A stretch of DNA of 64,000 bases, taken from the NCBI GenBank assembly GCA_041659205.1, contig JBAZYS010000004.1:587-64586 (forward strand), given 5' to 3'. Position 1 is the stretch's first letter, and every line of letters begins with the position of its first letter. Of the stretch, positions 57,246 to 64,000 are shown piece by piece. The notes beneath the pieces are model-generated. The model did not search any database. It was given only the letters and a program-made list of their open reading frames with translations, and had not been told where the DNA came from. Both the position numbers and the translations under genes were made by a program. The DNA is from Minisyncoccota bacterium (GTDB taxonomy: Bacteria > Patescibacteriota > Minisyncoccia > Phycocordibacterales > UBA9973).

Positions 57246-58637
57246 ATGAAAAAATATCTATCTATCGGTTTTATGTCTGTGTTGGTTTTTGGAGGATTAG
57301 TGGTCGCAAATAAAGCAAACGCAACAGTAGCGCCTGGTCCAACAGTGGGTACTATTTTAATAACCCCCTCTGTGGTTAAGGATGAAGTACTTTATATTGG
57401 TAAATTAACAAGTATTTCAGCACCAATAGAAGATACAACTGGTTTTGGAATTGATCCAACTTCATGCGTATATGTCATTGATGGTGGTAGTACAAGTGGT
57501 ACACCTGTGCCAGATGCATACGTTGATTCAAATTGTGTTTTTACGGATCTAGATACTTCTGCTGCTCACGGTAGTTTAAATGTCAAAGTAAGGGATCTTG
57601 AAGGGGGAACTGGTTTGGGCAGATGGACTGTTTTTACCTTAGATATTACTCCTCCAGAAATTGCACCTCATGATAAAATTACAGTTGAAACAGTGGCCAC
57701 TTCCGCAAACATAAGTACAGGAGTAGCTGTTGACTACACTGCACCTGATGCTACTGATAACGTAGATGCAACAGCACCAGCTACCTGTCTTCCTGCTTCG
57801 GGCTCTATTTTTCCATTTGGTATAACTAATGTTAAGTGTAACAAAACAGACACATTAGGAAATGTTGCGACAGAAACAAATTTTGATATCAAAGTTCAAG
57901 ATACAATCGACCCAATAATTGTTCAAGCTGATGGAGCTTATTCAATCAAAAAAACTGGCCCGAATACAATAGAAGTTCTTTTTGATGGTGAATTACAAAA
58001 TAATCCAAGTGGACATCACCCAAGTGCTAGTGATTTCTACGCTTACAACGACCTAGATAGTTCTGAAGACTTTAGTGGAGGAGATGTATCATATGGAATT
58101 ATTGATGACGCTGTAAGCTATTCAAACAGTACACATACTGTATTCATAAATTTAACGAATTCAATAAATGCTGGAGACAAACCAAGATTATTAGTTGCTG
58201 ATACTCGAGCATCCCTTGTTGATTTTGCTAATAATTATTTTAACGATGGAAATTGGTTTGACCAGCCTGTGATAGACCCAACACCAAGAGGCGGTGGAGC
58301 ACTTATGTCTTACCCTGAGCAAACTCCTCCTCCTGTAGCACCTGTAGACCAAACACCTCCTCCAGTCACAGAACAACCAGCTCTTCCACCTACTTCTGGA
58401 GAAGTTCTCGGTGCAGAGACATATCAATTCACTCGAACACTAAGGCGTGGAATGAAAGGGGATGATGTGTTAGAACTTCATAAAAAACTTACAGAATTAG
58501 GATTCTACAAAGGTGTTATAGATGATATCTTTGGTAGAGAATTAGAAAAAGCTGTAAAAGAATATCAAAAGGCAAATCCTCCATTAAAAATTGATGGAAT
58601 CGTAGGTCCGAAAACAAGAGCAGTACTTAATAAATAA
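57246..58637 (+). CDS. secreted paralog with the same C-terminal peptidoglycan-binding domain
   Basis: Signal peptide. C-terminal LELHKKLTELGFYKGVIDDIFG...DGIVGPKTR nearly identical to the previous gene's C-terminus. Pro-rich linker. Confidence 0.7.
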   Translation: MKKYLSIGFMSVLVFGGLVVANKANATVAPGPTVGTILITPSVVKDEVLYIGKLTSISAPIEDTTGFGIDPTSCVYVIDGGSTSGTPVPDAYVDSNCVFTDLDTSAAHGSLNVKVRDLEGGTGLGRWTVFTLDITPPEIAPHDKITVETVATSANISTGVAVDYTAPDATDNVDATAPATCLPASGSIFPFGITNVKCNKTDTLGNVATETNFDIKVQDTIDPIIVQADGAYSIKKTGPNTIEVLFDGELQNNPSGHHPSASDFYAYNDLDSSEDFSGGDVSYGIIDDAVSYSNSTHTVFINLTNSINAGDKPRLLVADTRASLVDFANNYFNDGNWFDQPVIDPTPRGGGALMSYPEQTPPPVAPVDQTPPPVTEQPALPPTSGEVLGAETYQFTRTLRRGMKGDDVLELHKKLTELGFYKGVIDDIFGRELEKAVKEYQKANPPLKIDGIVGPKTRAVLNK

Positions 58638-58653
58638 ATTTTATTAACAAAAA

Positions 58654-58682
58654 CCCCACTCACAAGTGGGTTTTTTGTTTTT
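58654..58682 (+). terminator. Rho-independent terminator (duplicated along with the paralog)
   Basis: CCCACT-caca-AGTGGG then TTTTTTGTTTTTT. Confidence 0.6.
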
Positions 58683-58726
58683 TAAAACAGTTGCATATTA
58701 TTACCTTTTTAAGATATAATGCATCC

Positions 58727-58948
58727 ATGAGAAAAGCACGCATACTTTTAATTTTAGGTATTTGTATGGCAGTATTGCCATATTTAGGTTTCCCTTATTC
58801 ATGGAAGGATACTCTGTTTACTATCCTTGGATTTGTCCTTATGTTTTTCAGCTATCTCTTGTTTACTGATTATAAAAAACAAGAAGTGGAAAAGAAACCT
58901 TTTGACAATTTTAGAGAAAATACTAATTTTAACGAAACAGAAATATAA
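58727..58948 (+). CDS. small membrane protein (2 TM; the track start at TTG 58691 overlaps a promoter-like TTGCAT...TATAAT)
   Basis: ATG 58727, MRKARILLILGICMAVLPYLGFPYSW... Confidence 0.35.
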   Translation: MRKARILLILGICMAVLPYLGFPYSWKDTLFTILGFVLMFFSYLLFTDYKKQEVEKKPFDNFRENTNFNETEI

Positions 58949-58965
58949 AATAAAATAAATATTGC

Positions 58966-60186
58966 ATGAAAGAATTTATTCAAACAAAACGAGTCACCGT
59001 TACGGCTACAATACTTTTAGTAGCTGTCTTTTTTGTTTCTGGTATATACATTGGCCGCAATGATTATAAAGAAATTGATAAAGTTACAAGTATCTCTGGA
59101 AAGGAACCCCAAGTCACGACTCAAGCCGACTTTAGTCCATTCTGGAAAGTCTGGAACACTATTAATGAAAAATACCCCTCTGCGAGTAAAATAACCGACC
59201 AAGAAAGAGTTTACGGGGCTATTGCTGGCCTCACAAGCTCTCTAAAAGACCCATATAGCATCTTTTTCGCCCCAGATGAGGCAAAGTCATTTGAAGAGGA
59301 AATAGCAGGGAATTTTGATGGTATCGGCATGGAAGTAGGTATGAAAGATAAAATCCTTACAGTTATCGCTCCGCTCAAGGATACCCCAGCATATAGGGCA
59401 GATATAAAATCAGGTGACAAAATTCTCAAAATTGATAAAACTGTAACTACTGATTTAAGTGTTGAAAAAGCCATCAAATTAATCCGTGGACCAAAAGGGA
59501 CACCGGTTATGCTTACAATCTTCCGTGAAGGATTAAAACAACCAAAAGAAATTACTATCATAAGAGATACTATCAACATACCCACTCTCGACACTGAAAT
59601 TCGTCCAGATGGAATTTTTGTTATTAAACTTTATAGCTTCTCTGCAAACTCTGCGAACCTTTTCCGTAATGCCATGCAACAATTCGCTGAATCAGGAAAA
59701 GACAAACTATTACTAGATTTACGGGGAAATCCTGGTGGATATTTAGATGCGGCAGTTGATATATCGAGCTGGTTTCTAAAGGAGGGAAAAACTGTTGTCA
59801 CCGAAGACTATGGCAACAATCGTGAACCAGAAATATTCCGAAGTAAAGGTTATGATATTTTTACTGACAAATTAAAATTTGTAATTTTAATAGATAATGG
59901 ATCTGCTTCTGCTTCTGAAATTCTCGCTGGTGCAATGAGAGACAACGGAAAAGCAAAACTTGTCGGAAGCCAAAGCTTCGGTAAAGGTTCTGTACAAGAA
60001 GTCGTAAAGATTACAGCTGATACAATACTTAAAATTACGGTCGCTAAGTGGCTCACTCCAAACGGAATTTCTATCTCAGAAAAAGGATTGACTCCGGACT
60101 ATGTAGTAGAAAATACTCAAAAAGATTACGAAGCCAAGCGTGACCCGCAAATGGAAAAAGCTGTTGAATTATTATTATTAAAATAA
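58966..60186 (+). CDS. S41-family carboxyl-terminal processing protease
   Basis: PDZ region, LLLDLRGNPGGYL, catalytic Ser/Lys region (DNGSASASEILAGA ... KGSVQ). Confidence 0.85.
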   Translation: MKEFIQTKRVTVTATILLVAVFFVSGIYIGRNDYKEIDKVTSISGKEPQVTTQADFSPFWKVWNTINEKYPSASKITDQERVYGAIAGLTSSLKDPYSIFFAPDEAKSFEEEIAGNFDGIGMEVGMKDKILTVIAPLKDTPAYRADIKSGDKILKIDKTVTTDLSVEKAIKLIRGPKGTPVMLTIFREGLKQPKEITIIRDTINIPTLDTEIRPDGIFVIKLYSFSANSANLFRNAMQQFAESGKDKLLLDLRGNPGGYLDAAVDISSWFLKEGKTVVTEDYGNNREPEIFRSKGYDIFTDKLKFVILIDNGSASASEILAGAMRDNGKAKLVGSQSFGKGSVQEVVKITADTILKITVAKWLTPNGISISEKGLTPDYVVENTQKDYEAKRDPQMEKAVELLLLK

Positions 60187-60300
60187 TGAATGTAGTGAAT
60201 ATATTTTAATAACCCTGTTAAATGATTTTTGTAAAACAAAAATCAAAATCCAAAAGATTTTATTTAACAGGGTAAAGATTTTAAAATCGTTTCACTCATT
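60186..60300. other. nested inverted-repeat structure in the ctp-rplI intergenic region
   Basis: TAACCCTGTTAAAT (60210-60223) / ATTTAACAGGGTAA (60262-60275) 13/14 bp. Outer AATGAATGTAGTGAA / TTCACTCATT partial pairing. Confidence 0.35.
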
Positions 60301-60311
60301 TAAAATCATTT

Positions 60312-60755
60312 ATGAAAGTTATTTTTTTACAAGATGTACCAAAAGTCGGAAGAAGATATGATGTAAAGGAAGTAAATGATGGCTATGCGATGAATTTCTT
60401 ATTCCCAAGAAAATTGGCTGAAATTGCCACACCTAATGCTGTCATTCAATTAGAAAAACATAAAAAAGAAATCATTGTCGAGAGAGCCGTCCAAGAAGAC
60501 CTATTAATAAAGAATCTGGAAGAAATAAAAAGCAAGATCATTGTAATCAAAGGCAAAGCTAATGATAAGGGTCATTTATTTTCAGCAATTCATACAAAAG
60601 AAATAATTGAAGAAATGAAACGACAGCATCACGCTGATTTGAGTATAGAATGCATTGCCTTAGAAAAACCAATTAAAGAAGTAGGGGAGTTTGAAATCCC
60701 AGTTGAAATGAAAGGAAAAGTTTCTTCCTTTAAGCTAATAGTAGAGAAAATTTAG
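60312..60755 (+). CDS. rplI: 50S ribosomal protein L9
   Basis: [32 protein letters not shown] canonical L9 N-domain. Confidence 0.9.
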   Translation: MKVIFLQDVPKVGRRYDVKEVNDGYAMNFLFPRKLAEIATPNAVIQLEKHKKEIIVERAVQEDLLIKNLEEIKSKIIVIKGKANDKGHLFSAIHTKEIIEEMKRQHHADLSIECIALEKPIKEVGEFEIPVEMKGKVSSFKLIVEKI

Positions 60756-61027
60756 ATTACTACGTTTACAACTTTTTTAACTGCAGTTTTGCCGTTAAAA
60801 GAGGTTTTTCGTTTTGAGCCGAATTTAACTATGCCGTCCTTAAGGGCGAATAGGGTATGATCTTTACCAACAGATACATTTGTACCAGCCATAATAGCAG
60901 TACCACGTTGACGTACGATAATGGAGCCTGATTGAGCCCTCTCCCCATCAGTAAGCTTTATACCAAGGTATTGTGGATTTGAATCTCTTAAATTTTTCGC
61001 GGTTCCGCCGGCTTTTCTATGTGCCAT
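60752..61027 (-). CDS. rpmA: 50S ribosomal protein L27
   Basis: MAHRKAGG...[10 protein letters not shown]...G.DHTLFA signature of L27. Confidence 0.85.
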   Translation of the reverse strand: MAHRKAGGTAKNLRDSNPQYLGIKLTDGERAQSGSIIVRQRGTAIMAGTNVSVGKDHTLFALKDGIVKFGSKRKTSFNGKTAVKKVVNVVI

Positions 61028-61096
61028 ATATTTATTCTTGTGCTGTTATATTATTTAATGCTAAAATTTACTTACTGAAGAAGTATAAACAATTAT

Positions 61097-61471
61097 ATGG
61101 AAAAAATCAAGCAATTTATAGAAAGTGATACTGGGAAAGACATAATGATAGTTATTATCGTTATTTTGGTTGGCTTGGGGTCATTTGAGCTAGGTAGACT
61201 ATCTAAGGGAACGAACTCCGAGGGTCTCAAGGTCATATATCCAGCTGTGGGGGACAAACAAGCTGCAAATGTAATCGAAGCAGTTCCCAATAAAGAAATA
61301 CCTGCTTCAAATAATTCTGGTAAAACTTTTTTCGCATCAAGCAGAGGAACAAAATACTACACGACAAGCTGTTCTGCGGGTAAAACAATCAAACAAGAAA
61401 ATAGAGTCTACTTTACAACAGGGGAAGAAGCAGTGCAGGCAGGTTATGTCCTTTCCAGCGCATGTAATTAG
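61097..61471 (+). CDS. secreted small protein with Ada-type metal-binding-like C-terminal domain
   Basis: N-terminal TM/signal. C-terminal FFASSRGTKYYTTSCSAGKTIKQENRVYFTTGEEAVQAGYVLSSAC resembles Ada_Zn_binding (F..S...YH...C......NR..F.S..EA...GY..C). Confidence 0.5.
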   Translation: MEKIKQFIESDTGKDIMIVIIVILVGLGSFELGRLSKGTNSEGLKVIYPAVGDKQAANVIEAVPNKEIPASNNSGKTFFASSRGTKYYTTSCSAGKTIKQENRVYFTTGEEAVQAGYVLSSACN

Positions 61472-61508
61472 AATATATACGTGTCGCACAATATATGTTT
61501 GAGACCCT

Positions 61509-61590
61509 ATACTATATTATATATGAGTCTCAAACATGGCGCAGATTGTACGACATTATTAATGTACGCACAATCTGCTTTTAAGGCCAC
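61509..61590. terminator. two tandem hairpins between convergent genes (bidirectional terminators)
   Basis: TGTTTGAGAC-(21 nt)-GTCTCAAACA perfect 10-bp stem. GCAGATTGTACG...CGCACAATCTGC followed by TTTT. Confidence 0.5.
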
Positions 61591-61606
61591 TGGTACTCCT
61601 AATAAA

Positions 61607-61930
61607 TTACGGCTGAAGCTTTAGATTATTCCCCGCATTTTCAAAATCAGTAGGCTTTCCATCACGGATACGTTCCATATTAGAAATAAAACTTTTCCAA
61701 AAAATATTTATCCAAATATCATTCCATAGATATGCTGCAGGCTCGGCAAAATACGCTGTCCATAAGTTCTTGGTACCTCCAGCTACATAATTTACGTTTT
61801 CCTGGCCTGTAGGGCTTTCTACGACTGATTTGATACTTACTTTAAAGTAACTAAGCACTAAAACAATAATAACGCCTAGAATGATGATTCCTAGGATACT
61901 TAGACCACGTTGTGTATTAAAATATTTCAT
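61607..61930 (-). CDS. membrane-anchored hypothetical protein
   Basis: N-terminal TM, ORF track. Confidence 0.4.
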   Translation of the reverse strand: MKYFNTQRGLSILGIIILGVIIVLVLSYFKVSIKSVVESPTGQENVNYVAGGTKNLWTAYFAEPAAYLWNDIWINIFWKSFISNMERIRDGKPTDFENAGNNLKLQP

Positions 61931-61940
61931 TTTATTTATT

Positions 61941-62078
61941 TTATCTCAAGACACCACTGAAAAATGAAGTAAACCAATTAATAACTCCAGAAATAGTAAT
62001 TCCAAAATATTTCATTATTAGCAAAGCAACAATTATAAAAATTATTATTTGAATAAACCCTCCTTGTTTATTTTTCAT
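61941..62078 (-). CDS. small single-pass membrane peptide (45 aa), not in the ORF track
   Basis: MKNKQGGFIQIIIFIIVALLIMKYFGITISGVINWFTSFFSGVLR. No clear RBS. Confidence 0.25.
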   Translation of the reverse strand: MKNKQGGFIQIIIFIIVALLIMKYFGITISGVINWFTSFFSGVLR

Positions 62079-62114
62079 AATTATATTTTAGCATAGAATA
62101 AAAATTTTGAACAA

Positions 62115-63449
62115 TTACTTTTTTAATGCATATGAGGCTGGTAAGAAATACAATGGATCAAGATAAGCATTTATTGGTGACACGGGTTGGGTTAAAACCT
62201 TTCCTTTGCATGTATTACTGGGTATGCTTTTAATTTCAGCGGCATTGGGAGCATACACTGAAACATGTAAATGTGGAGCTGTAGAATGGCCCGTATTGCC
62301 ACTATAAGCAACCATTTGCCCTCTTTCAACCTTTTCCCCAATACTTACTTTTATCAAGGAAAGATGACCATAAACGCTTGATAAACCGTTATCGTATGTA
62401 ATAAACACATAACGCCCAAATGAAGCACCCGGGCACTGTAAATCAATATCTCCGACTCCCGTTACTACCCCTTTTGCCATCGCCTTCACTGGAGTACCGA
62501 CAGAAGCTCTAAAATCGACTCCACTATGTGTACCATTTGCATAGAGACGCTTCCCTGCTTCTGTTTTTCCAAAAACTTGAGTAACTAATATATTATCAAG
62601 TGGCCAAGAAAATATCCCAGCGTCTGGAAGCTTTGACGGGTCTAGGATATATTTTAACTGGGATTCATAGTCACGAAGCTCTTTCTCTAGTGCATCTTTT
62701 TGTACTAATCTAGCCTTTAAAATTTTCTGATAATTGGATTCACTATTTTTTGTTTGCGCTAAAAGTTTCTTTTTCTCTAAAGCGTTCTGCTCCACAATTT
62801 TCTTCTGATCTGCTAATTCGGATTTTAACGCAAGCAATTCATTTTTTGCATTTATTGCTTCTTTTCTTGTATCTTCGAGTTCCCCTTTAATCTGCCTTAA
62901 TTCTTTTATCCTATCTCTAGTTTTTTCTCTTATACTAATAATATTATCTACGTCATTCCAGACGGAAGAAAAATTGTTATATGAGAGTAAATTTTCTACT
63001 ATACTTCCAGATTCAAATTCACTAATTTGTTTCAAACCAAGATTAATTGAATTAATATTATTAGCAATATGACGCTCCTTGGTATTTATATCTTTTCCTA
63101 AGTTCTCTATTTTTAATGTTGTTCTATCAATTTTTTTCTGAGTAACAGAAATATCTGCACCCAGCTTTTTTTTAGTTAAATCAAGTTCCTTCAAGGTTTT
63201 ACTTAAAGAATTTTTTTGCTGTCCCAAGCTATCAAGCTGCACTTGAAATGTTGCTATCTCAGCCTCTAACTTCTGAATATCAGAATCTTTTTGAGATATT
63301 TTATTTTGAATATCTAATGCAGTTTGAGCGTTAACATAAAGTCCTTCGGCAAATAAAAAAAACCCAAATAAAAGTGCAAGAAAAACTGCAGGCAATAATT
63401 TAAAAAAATATTTATTCAATTGCTTTTTGTAATCTAGATAATGTTTCAT
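62115..63449 (-). CDS. M23-family peptidoglycan DD-metalloendopeptidase with N-terminal coiled-coil (EnvC/NlpD-like)
   Basis: Signal/TM, long coiled-coil, LytM motifs HSGVDF (HxxxD) and HLHVSV (HxH). Confidence 0.85.
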   Translation of the reverse strand: MKHYLDYKKQLNKYFFKLLPAVFLALLFGFFLFAEGLYVNAQTALDIQNKISQKDSDIQKLEAEIATFQVQLDSLGQQKNSLSKTLKELDLTKKKLGADISVTQKKIDRTTLKIENLGKDINTKERHIANNINSINLGLKQISEFESGSIVENLLSYNNFSSVWNDVDNIISIREKTRDRIKELRQIKGELEDTRKEAINAKNELLALKSELADQKKIVEQNALEKKKLLAQTKNSESNYQKILKARLVQKDALEKELRDYESQLKYILDPSKLPDAGIFSWPLDNILVTQVFGKTEAGKRLYANGTHSGVDFRASVGTPVKAMAKGVVTGVGDIDLQCPGASFGRYVFITYDNGLSSVYGHLSLIKVSIGEKVERGQMVAYSGNTGHSTAPHLHVSVYAPNAAEIKSIPSNTCKGKVLTQPVSPINAYLDPLYFLPASYALKK

Positions 63450-64000
63450 TTTTACCGACTATGTAAGCAATAGTAAACGGATCTGGGGATTTATCGAGAC
63501 CTGATAAAGCAAAACGTATAGGATGAAGGAGCTCTCCCCTACTTTCAAGGCCATCAGCGATTTTCATTAATGCGACCTTGATATTATCAACAGTAAAATT
63601 GTCTTCTTTTAATTCTTTCAATGCTTCTATAGCTTGGCTTAAATTCTCAGTTGTTTTTTCAGGTAAAGTGTTTTTAAAAATTAATTTATTTTTTTCATAC
63701 TCTGGTGCCTTGTAGAAGAAATCGAGCTCCCCTTTTGTAAGCATTTCTTTAATATCTCCCCATTTAGAAATTCTCTCCACAATTAAAGGAATAATTTTGG
63801 GTACGATAACATCATCTTGCATTTCCTTCGGTAAATATTGTAAAACATATTTTTTTACTTCATCTGAAGGAAGTAACTTGATGTGTTCTTTGTTCATCCA
63901 ATTTAATTTTTCATCGCTCCATTGAGCTCCTTTGTGCTGGATCTTGCTTAAATCAAAAACATCAATCAATTCTTCTCTGGTAAATATTTCTTTCTCACCA
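63412..64000 (-). CDS. gltX: glutamate--tRNA ligase, C-terminal part (gene continues beyond the window end)
   Basis: Anticodon-binding-domain pattern ...LHPIRFALSGLDKSPDPFTIAYIVGKNETLSRLQKAI. The first Met in the track (63969) is internal. Confidence 0.7.
   Translation of the reverse strand, partial: GEKEIFTREELIDVFDLSKIQHKGAQWSDEKLNWMNKEHIKLLPSDEVKKYVLQYLPKEMQDDVIVPKIIPLIVERISKWGDIKEMLTKGELDFFYKAPEYEKNKLIFKNTLPEKTTENLSQAIEALKELKEDNFTVDNIKVALMKIADGLESRGELLHPIRFALSGLDKSPDPFTIAYIVGKNETLSRLQKAIE

Noticed and set aside
1-64000. CRISPR array search
   Set aside because: No run of regularly spaced direct repeats with unique spacers was seen. The direct repeats found are att-like tRNA fragments, a duplicated gene block and a two-copy structured element.

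Overview
This is an AT-rich bacterial chromosome segment of roughly 33-36% GC (estimated by eye). Its gene content and reduced character suggest a Patescibacteria/CPR-like genome: short dnaX, rubredoxin, Ada-type Zn-binding secreted proteins, and many small membrane or secreted proteins. That assignment is inference only.

Core genes present:
- minus strand: miaA, murA, tRNA-Leu(CAA), relA/spoT-family gene, topA, dprA
- plus strand: parB, serS, ftsQ-like, dus, dnaX, rubredoxin, dinB, panD, P1B-type ATPase, guaC, PBP2, S41 protease (ctp), rplI
- minus strand at the right end: rpmA, M23 peptidase, gltX (partial)

The most notable region is an approx. 14.3 kb island inserted 3' of tRNA-Gln(UUG), spanning 19646..33975. 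It is bounded on the right by a partial direct repeat of the tRNA 3' end. It carries:
- an HNH-nuclease plus two-methyltransferase R-M module
- a large serine recombinase
- phage-like genes (TerS-like, ParB-nuclease/MTase fusion)
- an XRE/ImmA (CapH/CapP-like) regulator pair, divergent from a 4-gene ubiquitin-like conjugation operon (multiubiquitin-like Ubl, Cys-less E2-like protein, JAB-E1 fusion, DUF6527-like Zn protein), with palindromic operator-like sites in the shared promoter region

Other noteworthy signals:
- a structured intergenic element of about 95 nt, repeated at 6162-6268 and 17017-17116, with compensatory base changes in two helices (candidate ncRNA)
- a 20-nt duplication of the tRNA-Leu 3' end
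- several roughly 0.5 kb GC-rich single-gene cassettes, each with its own RBS and terminator
- a tandem pair of paralogous secreted peptidoglycan-binding-domain proteins
- a TPCP-motif (P1B-5 type) heavy-metal ATPase

No CRISPR array or rRNA was seen.
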